DNA of 64,000 nt from Vicinamibacterales bacterium (GTDB taxonomy: Bacteria; Acidobacteriota; Vicinamibacteria; Vicinamibacterales; JAMQPK01): assembly GCA_963746535.1 (NCBI GenBank), contig CAVVBP010000010.1:899209-963208 (forward strand), read 5' to 3'. A program made the position numbers and the translations under genes. Below are positions 30,672 through 41,412 of the stretch, piece by piece. The first letter of the stretch is position 1, and every line of letters starts with the position of its first letter. Under the pieces are notes generated by a model. The model had not been told where the DNA came from. It did not search any database and saw only the letters and a list, made by a program, of their open reading frames with translations.

Positions 30672-32140
30672 GCACGATTCCCTTTCGAACCGCCCGGGAA
30701 ATCCGGGATGCCGTGAGCGGCCGCAGCGTGTCGGCCGTCCAGGTCTGCGAGCACGCGCTGGCCACCATCGACGCGGCCAATCCAAAGCTGAACGCGTTTC
30801 TGACGGTGGCTCGCGACCGCGCGCTCGAACGCGCGCGAGCGATCGATCGCGAAGGGCACACAGGACCGCTGGCCGGCGTGCCGGTCGCGCTCAAAGACAA
30901 CATCCTGACCCGCGGCGTCACCACGACAGCCTCGTCGCGCATGCTTCAGCGATTCGTTCCACCCTACGATGCGACGGTCGTGACGCGTCTCGAGGCGGCG
31001 GGCGCCATCGTGATGGGCAAGACCAACTGCGACGAGTTCGCCATGGGCTCGACCACCGAGAACTCGGCGTTCGGACCGTCGCGCAATCCGTGGAATCCGG
31101 ATCACATTTCGGGCGGCTCGAGCGGAGGATCGGCGGTCGCGGTCGCCTCGGGTATGTCGCCCATCGCACTCGGGTCGGACACCGGCGGATCCATCCGACA
31201 GCCGGCCTCGCTATGCGGCGTCGTCGGCCTGAAGCCGACATACGGTCGTGTCTCGCGATACGGCTTGATTGCGTTTGCTTCGTCGCTCGATCAGATCGGT
31301 CCGATGGCGCGCACGACGTACGACGCCGCGACGGCGCTTGCCGTCCTTGCGGGTCCCGACCCCTGCGATTCGACGGCTTCCCAGGAACCCGTCGCCGACT
31401 ATGTTGGTGGATTGACGGGCGACATCAGGGGTGCGCGCCTCGGCGTGCCCGGAAAGATGCTGCAGGAAGGCGTGGAAGCCCCCGTGCGGAGCGCTTTCTA
31501 TGCGGCACTCGAGGTCTTGCGGGGGCGCGGGGCGGAGCTCGTCGACATCGACCTGCCGCACGCGAGCTATGCCATCGCCACTTATTACGTCATCGCCACT
31601 GCCGAAGCCAGCTCGAACCTCGCGCGCTACGACGGCGTCCGCTATGGATTCCGCACGGAGAACGCGGGAAATTTGAAAGAGATGTACGAAAGAACCCGCA
31701 GCCAGGGGTTCGGGCCGGAAGTAAAGCGCCGCATCATGCTCGGCACTTACGTGCTGAGCGCCGGTTACTACGACGCGTACTACCTGAAGGCACAGCAGGT
31801 GCGAACGCTCGTGCGCCGCGATTACGAGCAGGCGTTTCAGAAGGTCGACGCGGTCGCGATGCCGACCAGCCCGACGGCCGCATTCAGAATCGGCGAGAAG
31901 ATCGAGGACCCGTTATCGCTCTACCTGACCGACGTCTTCACCGTCAGCGCCAACCTCGCGGGATTGCCGGGGCTGAGCATCCCGTGCGGACGCACACCCA
32001 ATCGGCTGCCGATCGGACTGCAGCTGACGGGCCGGCCGTTCGACGAAGCGACGCTGCTGAGGATTGGGGATGCTTACGAGCGCGAAACGAACTGGACGGA
32101 AGAAAACCCGGCTGACGCAGGGGTTCGTAAAGGTTCGTAA
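30668..32140 (+). CDS. gatA: Asp/Glu-tRNA amidotransferase subunit A
   Basis: In ORF 30332..32140 from GTG 30668, overlapping the gatC stop. Amidase signature [12 protein letters not shown]; [11 protein letters not shown]. Confidence 0.9.
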   Translation: MSTIPFRTAREIRDAVSGRSVSAVQVCEHALATIDAANPKLNAFLTVARDRALERARAIDREGHTGPLAGVPVALKDNILTRGVTTTASSRMLQRFVPPYDATVVTRLEAAGAIVMGKTNCDEFAMGSTTENSAFGPSRNPWNPDHISGGSSGGSAVAVASGMSPIALGSDTGGSIRQPASLCGVVGLKPTYGRVSRYGLIAFASSLDQIGPMARTTYDAATALAVLAGPDPCDSTASQEPVADYVGGLTGDIRGARLGVPGKMLQEGVEAPVRSAFYAALEVLRGRGAELVDIDLPHASYAIATYYVIATAEASSNLARYDGVRYGFRTENAGNLKEMYERTRSQGFGPEVKRRIMLGTYVLSAGYYDAYYLKAQQVRTLVRRDYEQAFQKVDAVAMPTSPTAAFRIGEKIEDPLSLYLTDVFTVSANLAGLPGLSIPCGRTPNRLPIGLQLTGRPFDEATLLRIGDAYERETNWTEENPADAGVRKGS

Positions 32141-32157
32141 AGGTTTACGAACCGTTC

Positions 32158-32430
32158 TTATGTTTTTTTCGCCCGTTCGATCAGTTCGGGCGTTTTCAGC
32201 ACGTCGATCGGTCCGCGCGGCGCATCGGGAGGCATGTAGCGGACAAACGCCTCCTGACCCACCTTTTCTTCCAGACTCTTCACGACCATCGACCCGCGGC
32301 TGGTGGTGGGCCGCAGCTTGGGAAATCCGAGGATGATGCAGAAGCCGAGGAACAACACCAGGACGAACACCGTACTCGACCCGAGCGCGATCAGTGCTCC
32401 GACGACGAGATCGATGACGTCCTGCGACAT
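32158..32430 (-). CDS. Small hypothetical membrane protein
   Basis: ORF 32158..32430 with one long hydrophobic segment, LVVGALIALGSSTVFVLVLFLGFCIILGF. Confidence 0.4.
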   Translation of the reverse strand: MSQDVIDLVVGALIALGSSTVFVLVLFLGFCIILGFPKLRPTTSRGSMVVKSLEEKVGQEAFVRYMPPDAPRGPIDVLKTPELIERAKKT

Positions 32431-32714
32431 CAGACGCCGGACTCGATGTTGTGGACCGGAGGCTTGGCCGGCGGCAAATCGAATTGCACCAGACGGCGCC
32501 GAACCTCTTCCATCGCGACCCGTTCGGCCTTGTGGGGCTGCGGATGGGTCTCGTGGACGGTGTGCGCGAGCCGAGGCCGGGCGCCCCGTCGAAGCTGCTT
32601 GGCGCGAAGAGCGGCTATATCTACGAAAAGAAAGCGGTTAGAGACCAAGGGCGCCGGCTCGACGGGTTCCGGTGTTTCGACGATCTCTCCAGACTGTGGG
32701 ATTTCAAGTTCCAT
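32430..32714 (-). CDS. rpoZ: DNA-directed RNA polymerase subunit omega-like
   Basis: ORF 32430..32714 with NRFLFVDIAALRAKQLRRGARP and KAERVAMEEV. Confidence 0.6.
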   Translation of the reverse strand: MELEIPQSGEIVETPEPVEPAPLVSNRFLFVDIAALRAKQLRRGARPRLAHTVHETHPQPHKAERVAMEEVRRRLVQFDLPPAKPPVHNIESGV

Positions 32715-32754
32715 AACGGTCTAGGATACAAGAACTTACGTTGACGCCGCAAGT

Positions 32755-32818
32755 GATTAGGGATTGGGGATTAGCAGGGATCCGGGCCCCTAATCCCGAA
32801 TCCCCAATCGCCAATCCC
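32755..32818. repeat. GGGATT-family hexamers in inverted-repeat arrangement
   Basis: GATTAGGGATTGGGGATTAGCAGGGAT, then ccgggc, then CCCTAATCCCGAATCCCCAATCGCCAATCCC. There are G-runs on both strands. Confidence 0.75.
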
Positions 32819-32819
32819 T

Positions 32820-32852
32820 GTGAATGTGGCAGCGTTACGCTGCCACATTCAC
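32820..32852 (-). other. Perfect 15-bp-stem hairpin centred on the hsp20 stop codon
   Basis: GTGAATGTGGCAGCG-TTA-CGCTGCCACATTCAC. The TTA centre is the reverse complement of the hsp20 TAA. No U-tract follows. Confidence 0.8.
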
Positions 32853-33212
32853 TTTGATCTGCTTGGGCTTCGCTTCCTCGCGAAGCGGCAGCTTGATGCT
32901 GAGCACGCCGTTCTTGTACTCGGCCTCGACCCGGTTGGGGTCGACCGTGTGCGGCAGCGCGAACGACCGGGTGAACGTCCCGTAGCTCCGCTCGACGCGG
33001 TGGAACTGGTCGTCCTTGACCGTCTGCTCGGCCTTCTTCTCGCCGCGAATGGTCAGCGTGAAGTTCTCGACGGTGATGTCGAGATCCTCCTTGTTCATGC
33101 CCGGCACTTCCGCCTTGATCACCAGCTCGTGCTCGCCCGTGCTGTAAATATCCACGGGGGGCAGCCAATTTCCACCGAACTCACGAAACGGATCCCAACG
33201 AACGATTGCCAT
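32835..33212 (-). CDS. Hsp20/alpha-crystallin family small heat-shock protein
   Basis: ORF 32835..33212 with VDIYSTGEHELVIKAEVPGMNKEDLDITV and SFALP. Confidence 0.85.
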   Translation of the reverse strand: MAIVRWDPFREFGGNWLPPVDIYSTGEHELVIKAEVPGMNKEDLDITVENFTLTIRGEKKAEQTVKDDQFHRVERSYGTFTRSFALPHTVDPNRVEAEYKNGVLSIKLPLREEAKPKQIKVNVAA

Positions 33213-33232
33213 TGTGTGCCTCCTTAATTAGT

Positions 33233-33256
33233 GGCCATCTGCCATTTGCCATCAGC
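33233..33256. repeat. Solo arm of the TGCCAT-hexamer element
   Basis: GGCCATCTGCCATTTGCCATCAGC between the dnaK stop and the hsp20 SD. No inverted partner. Confidence 0.6.
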
Positions 33257-33264
33257 CCCGATGC

Positions 33265-35201
<1,937 letters not shown>

Positions 35202-35208
35202 GCATGTT

Positions 35209-35231
35209 ATATGAGCTAAATACACTCATAT
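35209..35231. promoter_or_regulatory. Palindrome ATATGAG-N9-CTCATAT upstream of the dnaK -35 (candidate operator)
   Basis: Perfect 7-bp arms with a 9-nt spacer, in an AT-rich patch. Confidence 0.35.
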
Positions 35232-35270
35232 TATAACCGGCTCAGAATCAGCGAGTTGGGGTGGGTCGGA

Positions 35271-35326
35271 AAGGGGTCGGGAGGGGTTTTCGAGGGTTCC
35301 TCTATGAAAACCCCTCCCGACCCCTT
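35271..35326. repeat. GGGGTCGGGAGGGG palindromic element, intergenic copy
   Basis: AAGGGGTCGGGAGGGGTTTTC, a 14-nt loop, then GAAAACCCCTCCCGACCCCTT: a perfect 21-bp stem. It ends 12 nt before GTG 35338. Confidence 0.85.
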
Positions 35327-35337
35327 ATATTTGGGCC

Positions 35338-36153
35338 GTGAGCGAAATCCGGTTGCTGTTTCTGGGAGACATCGTCGGGAAGCCCGGGCGGGAGCTCGTC
35401 CGGAAAGGCCTCCCTTCATTGATAGAGCACTACGCGGTCGATCTGGTGATCGCCAACGCGGAAAACGCCGCGGCCGGCCGAGGCATCACGCGCGAGATCG
35501 GCGACCAGTTGCTGAACTGGGGGGTCGATGTCATGACCTCCGGCAACCACATCTGGTCCCAGCGGGAAGCCGTCGACTACATCGGCGCCGAAGCCCGGCT
35601 CCTGCGTCCGGCCAACTTCCCCGCCGGCGTGCCCGGCAACGGCAGCTATCTCGCCCGCACCGCGCAGGGCCGCCCGGTTGGCGTGATCAACGTCATGGGC
35701 CGCGTCTTCATGCAGGAGCTCGACAATCCGTTCGCGCGCGTCCTCGAAGAAATCGAAGCGCTGCGGGGACGCACGCGCATCATCTTCGTGGACTTCCATG
35801 CGGAAGCCACTTCAGAGAAGATCGCGATGGGCTGGCACCTCGACGGGAAAGTCACCGCCGTCGTCGGCACGCACACGCACGTCCAGACCGCCGACGAACA
35901 GATCCTGCCTGGCGGTACCGCCTATCTGACCGATGTGGGCATGACTGGGCCGCACGATGGCATCATCGGCGTGGAAAAGGCGGCCGTCCTCGACAAGTTT
36001 CTCCGCGGTATGCCGGTGCGCATGGAAACGGCAAGCGGCAACCCGCGCCTCAACGGCATCCTGATTGCTGCCGACGAAGCCACGGGCAAGGCGACCTCGA
36101 TTCAGCGCCTGAGCCTGTCGGCCAGAGAACTGGAACATGAGCTCGCTGTTTGA
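35338..36153 (+). CDS. YmdB-like metallophosphoesterase (TIGR00282 family)
   Basis: ORF 35338..36153 (GTG start) with LLFLGDIVGKPGR, ANAENAAAGRGIT, SGNH and FHAEATSEK. Confidence 0.8.
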   Translation: MSEIRLLFLGDIVGKPGRELVRKGLPSLIEHYAVDLVIANAENAAAGRGITREIGDQLLNWGVDVMTSGNHIWSQREAVDYIGAEARLLRPANFPAGVPGNGSYLARTAQGRPVGVINVMGRVFMQELDNPFARVLEEIEALRGRTRIIFVDFHAEATSEKIAMGWHLDGKVTAVVGTHTHVQTADEQILPGGTAYLTDVGMTGPHDGIIGVEKAAVLDKFLRGMPVRMETASGNPRLNGILIAADEATGKATSIQRLSLSARELEHELAV

Positions 36154-37549
36154 TCTGCCGTTCGACGAACCGGAATCCGAGCCAAAGGACGCCACGCCTG
36201 CCGCGCGCCAGCGGACGGTCATCACGGTAAGCGACCTCACGGCGAACATCCGCGACATCCTGGAAAACGCGTACTCCGAGGTCTGGGTCGAAGCAGAAAT
36301 CTCCAACTGCCGCCTGTGGAATACGGGGCATCTGTACTTCACGCTGAAAGACCCCGCGTCGCAAATCAAAGCGGTCATGTTCCGGTCCGACGTTCGCACG
36401 CTCAAGTTCAAGCCCGAAGACGGTCTGCACGTGGTGGTGCGCGGCCGCGTGAGCGTGTACGAGCCCAAGGGTGAATATCAGCTGGTCTGCGAGCGGATGG
36501 AGCCGCATGGCCTGGGCGCGCTACAACTCGCGTTCGACCAGCTGAAAAGACGCCTGCACGCGGAGGGCCTGTTCGATGCCGCGCGCAAGCGTGCGCTGCC
36601 GGCGTTGCCACGCAAGATCGGCATCGTCACGTCGCTCGACGGCGCGGCGATACGCGACATCCTGAAAGTGCTCAGCCGCCGCTACCCGAACGCACACGTC
36701 ATCATTCGCCCGGCGCGGGTTCAAGGCGAGGGCGCCGCAGCGGAGGTGGCGCAGGGCATCAGGGACATCGTGAAGATTCCGGGCATCGACGTCGTCATCG
36801 TCGGACGGGGCGGCGGCTCGATCGAGGATTTGTGGGCGTTCAACGAAGAACCGGTGGCCAGAGCCATAGCGGCGTCGCCGGTGCCGATCATCTCGGCGGT
36901 CGGGCACGAAGTCGACGTCACCATCGCCGACTTCGCGGCCGACGTGCGGGCGCCCACACCATCGGCCGCGGCCGAGATCGTCGTCGCGCGCAAGGAAGAT
37001 TTCTGCGGTCATATCGAACGCTTGAGCGATCGTCTGAGCGCCGCGGTACGCGGATCGATCGCCCGCCTGGAATCGAGGATTCACCAGCTCAACCGCAGAC
37101 CCGGATTCGCGGGCTGGTCCGCCCGCCTTGCGCTGCGGGGACGGCACTGCGCGGAAACCACCCATGCCTTGCGACATGCGGCGAGGGCGGCGGTCAGCCG
37201 TCGGCTGCGGGTGTATCAAGGATTGCGACTGCAGCTCGAGCAGTTCGATCTGCGGCGCCGCCTGGGAAGTGTTCGCGCCCGGCTGGTCGGCGTGGACGGC
37301 GACTTGCGCGCCGCGGCCCACCGACGGCAACATCGCGCGGAAGCGCGCCTGCAGACATGTGCCGCGCGTCTCGACAGCCTGAGCCCGCTCGCCGTGCTCG
37401 GCCGTGGATACGCCGTGGTGTGGGACGAGTCTCGCACGCACGTCATTCGCGCGGCCACCGAGGTCAAGCGCGGCGATGCGGTTCGTGTCACGTTGTCCCA
37501 GGGAGAACTGGAATGCAAGGTGGTGAAAACTGATGGACTCGACAATTAA
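36137..37549 (+). CDS. xseA: Exodeoxyribonuclease VII large subunit
   Basis: ORF 36137..37549. OB-fold N-terminus (WVEAEISN), GIVTS and RGGGSIEDLW. Confidence 0.9.
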   Translation: MSSLFDLPFDEPESEPKDATPAARQRTVITVSDLTANIRDILENAYSEVWVEAEISNCRLWNTGHLYFTLKDPASQIKAVMFRSDVRTLKFKPEDGLHVVVRGRVSVYEPKGEYQLVCERMEPHGLGALQLAFDQLKRRLHAEGLFDAARKRALPALPRKIGIVTSLDGAAIRDILKVLSRRYPNAHVIIRPARVQGEGAAAEVAQGIRDIVKIPGIDVVIVGRGGGSIEDLWAFNEEPVARAIAASPVPIISAVGHEVDVTIADFAADVRAPTPSAAAEIVVARKEDFCGHIERLSDRLSAAVRGSIARLESRIHQLNRRPGFAGWSARLALRGRHCAETTHALRHAARAAVSRRLRVYQGLRLQLEQFDLRRRLGSVRARLVGVDGDLRAAAHRRQHRAEARLQTCAARLDSLSPLAVLGRGYAVVWDESRTHVIRAATEVKRGDAVRVTLSQGELECKVVKTDGLDN

Positions 37550-37769
37550 GGATTTCGAGGCAGCCATCGCCGAGCTCGAAACCATCGTGAAGAAGCTCGA
37601 GGAAGGCGACCTCGCGCTCGAGAAGTCGCTCGAGCTCTACGAACGTGGCGTGCAGCTGTCGCGCTTCTGCCATACACGGCTGGAAGAAGCCGAGAAACGC
37701 ATCGAGATTCTCAACGAGCGCGGCGACCTGCGACCTGCCGGCGCCGCGTTTTCGAAAGACGACAAGTAG
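37533..37769 (+). CDS. xseB: Exodeoxyribonuclease VII small subunit
   Basis: ORF 37533..37769 with FEAAIAELETIVKKLEEGDLALEKSLELYERG. Confidence 0.85.
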   Translation: MDSTIKDFEAAIAELETIVKKLEEGDLALEKSLELYERGVQLSRFCHTRLEEAEKRIEILNERGDLRPAGAAFSKDDK

Positions 37770-37770
37770 C

Positions 37771-38694
37771 ATGCCGGTGGCTTCGCTTTCGGAGTACCTC
37801 GATACGCGCCGCGCGCAGATAGACGCGGCGTTGATGCGATTTCTCCCGGCCGCACCGGACTGCCCTCCAGGCCTCGAAGCGGCGATGCGGTACAGCCTCG
37901 ATGCCGGCGGCAAGCGCCTGCGTCCCATCCTGGCCCTGGCCGCTGCGGAAGCGGTCGGCGGTTCGTCGGGCCACACCGAGCAGGCCCTGGCCGCGGCACT
38001 ACCGGCCGCGTGCGCGGTCGAGTTCATCCACACCTATTCCCTGATTCACGACGACCTTCCGGCAATGGACGATGACTCGCTCAGGCGGGGCCGGCCGACC
38101 AACCATGTCGTGCACGGCGAGGGGCTCGCGATTCTGGCAGGCGACGGGCTGCTGACCGAAGCCTTCGCGCTGCTCGCGCTCGAACCGCGCGAGCCGGAGC
38201 TGGCGTCGCGAAAAATTCGCGCCATCCAGGTGATCGCTACGGCGGCCGGTGCGTGCGGCATGGTCGGCGGCCAGGCGATCGATCTTCAGGCCGTCGGGTC
38301 TGCGACGAGCTTCGACGAACAGTCGCTGCAGGATATGCACGCCCGCAAGACCGGCGCCCTCATTCGTGCGGCCGCTGTCGCCGGCGCCGTCATGGGCGGT
38401 GGAACGGACGCTGCCGTCCGGGCCGTCGAAGAATACGGCCGGCAGCTCGGGCTGGCGTTTCAGATCGTCGATGACATTCTCGACGTCGAGGGCGATGCGC
38501 AGGCGCTCGGCAAGACGGCCGGCAAGGACGCGCGCGCCGGCAAACCCACCTATCCGTCGGTCTACGGCCTCGAGGCGTCGCGGCGGCTCGCTGCCGAGCG
38601 GCATGAGCACGCCATCGCGGCGCTGCGTCCGGCTGGTCTCCAGCAGAGCCGCCTGGCCGATATCGCGTCCTGGGTCGTGAAACGAAGCAATTGA
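37771..38694 (+). CDS. ispA: Polyprenyl (farnesyl/geranylgeranyl) diphosphate synthase
   Basis: In ORF 37645..38694 from ATG 37771. Motifs LIHDDLPAMDDDSLRRG and FQIVDDILD. Confidence 0.85.
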   Translation: MPVASLSEYLDTRRAQIDAALMRFLPAAPDCPPGLEAAMRYSLDAGGKRLRPILALAAAEAVGGSSGHTEQALAAALPAACAVEFIHTYSLIHDDLPAMDDDSLRRGRPTNHVVHGEGLAILAGDGLLTEAFALLALEPREPELASRKIRAIQVIATAAGACGMVGGQAIDLQAVGSATSFDEQSLQDMHARKTGALIRAAAVAGAVMGGGTDAAVRAVEEYGRQLGLAFQIVDDILDVEGDAQALGKTAGKDARAGKPTYPSVYGLEASRRLAAERHEHAIAALRPAGLQQSRLADIASWVVKRSN

Positions 38695-39440
38695 AAGTTC
38701 GTCTCGATAGTCTGCTCGTCAGCCGTGGCCTGGCGCAGTCGCGCGAACGCGCGACCGCACTGATTCTCTCGGGGGTCGTGCTGGTCAATGGTGAGGCTGC
38801 CAGCAAGGCGGGCCAGCAGGTCGCCGACGATGCCGCGGTCGCGCTGAAGGCGCCGGACCATCCGTATGTGGGTCGAGGCGGCATCAAGCTCGCGCACGCG
38901 CTCGACGAGTTCGGCATCGCCGTTGACGGACGCGACGCGCTCGATATCGGGGCATCCACGGGCGGCTTCACCGACGTGCTGCTGAAGCGCGGGGCTGTAC
39001 GCGTGGTTGCCTACGACGTCGGCCACGGACAGCTCGATTGGGGACTCCGCAACGATCCGCGCGTCGTGGTCGTCGAGCGCGCCAACGCGCGAACGCTCGA
39101 GCCGGGCGACCTGCCTTCGCTCGTCGACATCGTCACAATTGATGTGTCGTTCATCTCCCTGCGGCACATTTTCCCCCGCATTCCCCCGCTGCTCGGAGCC
39201 GCCGCCGACGTCATCGCGCTGGTGAAACCGCAGTTCGAGGCGGGGCGCGCGGAGGTCGGCAAGAAAGGTGTCGTGCGCGACCCAATCGTGCAGGCGCGGG
39301 TGGTCGAAGACGCCGCGCGCGCGGCCGCTGAGGTAGGATTGGTCCGCGTCGCGATGACCGAATCTCCAATCACGGGTGACGCGGGCAACCGCGAGTTCTT
39401 CCTGCATCTGCGGGTGTCGGCGCCCCGCGACACGGCATGA
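38691..39440 (+). CDS. tlyA: TlyA family rRNA 2'-O-methyltransferase
   Basis: ORF 38691..39440 (TTG start). S4 domain RLDSLLVSRGLAQSR, then DIGASTGGFTDVLL. Confidence 0.85.
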   Translation: MKVRLDSLLVSRGLAQSRERATALILSGVVLVNGEAASKAGQQVADDAAVALKAPDHPYVGRGGIKLAHALDEFGIAVDGRDALDIGASTGGFTDVLLKRGAVRVVAYDVGHGQLDWGLRNDPRVVVVERANARTLEPGDLPSLVDIVTIDVSFISLRHIFPRIPPLLGAAADVIALVKPQFEAGRAEVGKKGVVRDPIVQARVVEDAARAAAEVGLVRVAMTESPITGDAGNREFFLHLRVSAPRDTA

Positions 39441-40318
39441 CCGCGGTCGGTATCGTTGCAAAGGCGCGTCTCGAGCGTGCCGCCAGCCATCTCGTGCAAA
39501 TCGCCTCGTGGCTCGAAGAGCGGCACATCACCCCGGTGTTCGATCCCGACACCGCCGCGCTCGCCGAATCGGCCGGCGCCAACGGCCAGTTCAAGACCGT
39601 CGATCGCGACGATCTGCCCCGGCATGTCGACGTCATCGTGGTCCTCGGAGGCGACGGCACGCTGCTCGGAACGGCCGGCCGCATCGCCAAGGCGAAATCC
39701 GATATTCCCATCCTCGGCGTCAACTTCGGCAGCCTGGGATTTCTCACCGAGGTGACACTGCCCGAGATTTACGCGTCACTCGAGACGGCGGTGAACGGCA
39801 CGGCCCAGATCGAAGAACGCATGATGCTGCAGGTCGCGGTCGAGGCGGACGGCGGCCGCGTCGCCGATCGGATTGTGCTGAACGACGTCGTCGTCACGCA
39901 GGGGGCGCTCTCGCGCATCATCGAGTTGTCGGTGTCGGTCGATGGCGAGTTCATGATGCGCGTCAAAGCCGACGGGCTCATCATCGCCAGTCCGACGGGC
40001 ACGACGGCTTACAACCTGTCGGCGGGCGGGCCCATCGTGCATCCGCACGTCGACGGGCTGACAATCACCCCCATCGCGCCGCACACGTTGACCAACCGCC
40101 CTGTCGTCGTGCCCGGGTCCAGCCAGATTCGCATCCAGCCCCTCATCCGCGACGAACAGAGCGAAGTGTTCGCCACGTTCGACGGGCAGGCACTGCTGCC
40201 GCTGAAGAGCAACTGCGTCGTCAGCGTCGGCCGCGCGGACAAACCGCTGCGTCTCATCCGCGCCTCGGCCCGGGGATACTTTCAGGTGTTGAGAGAAAAG
40301 CTGAAATGGGGGAACTGA
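39437..40318 (+). CDS. nadK: NAD kinase
   Basis: ORF 39437..40318 with VLGGDGTLL, NFGSLGFL and PTGTTAYNLSAGGPIV. Confidence 0.9.
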   Translation: MTAVGIVAKARLERAASHLVQIASWLEERHITPVFDPDTAALAESAGANGQFKTVDRDDLPRHVDVIVVLGGDGTLLGTAGRIAKAKSDIPILGVNFGSLGFLTEVTLPEIYASLETAVNGTAQIEERMMLQVAVEADGGRVADRIVLNDVVVTQGALSRIIELSVSVDGEFMMRVKADGLIIASPTGTTAYNLSAGGPIVHPHVDGLTITPIAPHTLTNRPVVVPGSSQIRIQPLIRDEQSEVFATFDGQALLPLKSNCVVSVGRADKPLRLIRASARGYFQVLREKLKWGN

Positions 40319-40319
40319 T

Positions 40320-40649
40320 TCACATATCCCGATCCGCCGTCCGGATGTTGTAGCCCTCCTCGATCGGCAGCACCCAAATACGGCCATCACCAATATCGCC
40401 CGTGCGCGCGTGCTTCATGACGACGGTGATGACTTCGTCCACGAGATCGTCCGACACGGCCATTTCAATCATCGTCTTCGGCAGCAGACTAATATCGTAT
40501 TCCTGGCCGCGATACACAGCTTTGTGGCCCTTCTGGTGCCCGTGACCCCTCACTTCTGTAATCGTCATGCCCGACACAGACGCCTTTTCGAGGGCTTCAC
40601 GTACTTCTTCGACCTTGTTTGGTCGAACAATGCACTTTATGAGCTTCAT
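40320..40649 (-). CDS. glnB: P-II family nitrogen regulatory protein
   Basis: ORF 40320..40649 with MKLIKCIVRPNKVEEV and GDGRIWV. T-loop region GHGHQKGHKAVYRGQEY. Confidence 0.8.
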   Translation of the reverse strand: MKLIKCIVRPNKVEEVREALEKASVSGMTITEVRGHGHQKGHKAVYRGQEYDISLLPKTMIEMAVSDDLVDEVITVVMKHARTGDIGDGRIWVLPIEEGYNIRTADRDM

Positions 40650-40678
40650 TTGGCCCGCAAATTCTACTGTAAACTTAT

Positions 40679-41404
40679 GTGCCTATGTCGGAGGCCTTCA
40701 CGGTCATTGTGGGAGCACGCCAACTCCACGACGCTCTCCGTGATAACGCAGGCGCCACGGGCGATGTCCTGACGTTCGGCGACGACGAACCGCTCAAAGC
40801 GCTCGAAACGATCGCCGTCCGGCGGCCGCGCATCGTGGCCGTCGAGCGCCTCTTCGCCGCGACATCGCGAGGCGCCGCGCTCATCAACCGCATCAAAGCC
40901 GACCCCGCTCTTTCCGGGGCGGAAATTCGAATCGTGGCCCACGACGGCACGTATGCGCGCGTGTCGCCGCGCCGGACGCCGCCCGCACAGCCGCTGCCAG
41001 CCGTCGTCCCAGTGGCGACGCCCGCAGTCGCGGTTGAAATCGAGTCCGTCGTTGGACCGATCGTTCCCCCACAACCGGCCGCGAACGATCAGTACTCCAT
41101 CTCGCGGCGGGCACCGCGGTTTCGCATGCTCGATGGCACCGAAGCACAGGTGGACGGCTCGCTCGCCCGCATCGTCGATCTCTCCACGATCGGCGCGCAG
41201 ATTCTTTCACCCACACCGCTGAAGCCCGACCAGCTCGTTCGCGTCGTGCTCGTCGACGAGCGCGGCGCCGTACGGTTTCACGGCGCCGTGGCGTGGGCCT
41301 CGTACGAGATTCCGAAGGGGATTTCGCAATACCGAGCGGGGCTGGAATTCAAAGGTGCGGAACTGAAGGTGCTCGACACCTTCTGCCGCCTGCACAAAAC
41401 GTAG
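40679..41404 (+). CDS. PilZ domain protein
   Basis: ORF 40679..41404. The C-terminal RRAPR ... DLSTIG matches the PilZ RxxxR / DxSxxG motifs. Confidence 0.65.
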   Translation: MPMSEAFTVIVGARQLHDALRDNAGATGDVLTFGDDEPLKALETIAVRRPRIVAVERLFAATSRGAALINRIKADPALSGAEIRIVAHDGTYARVSPRRTPPAQPLPAVVPVATPAVAVEIESVVGPIVPPQPAANDQYSISRRAPRFRMLDGTEAQVDGSLARIVDLSTIGAQILSPTPLKPDQLVRVVLVDERGAVRFHGAVAWASYEIPKGISQYRAGLEFKGAELKVLDTFCRLHKT

Positions 41405-41412
41405 GACCGCCG

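Noticed and set aside
35205-35235. CIRCE (HrcA) or HAIR (HspR) operator upstream of dnaK
   Set aside because: The palindrome ATATGAG-N9-CTCATAT has CIRCE-like spacing, but its sequence matches neither TTAGCACTC-N9-GAGTGCTAA nor CTTGAGT-N7-ACTCAAG. I kept it only as an unassigned candidate operator.
35256-36140. 294-aa ORF (+) overlapping the ymdB-like gene
   Set aside because: It is out of frame with a well-supported metallophosphoesterase. Its N-terminus is simply the translation of the palindromic element, and the rest is Arg/Pro-rich shadow sequence.
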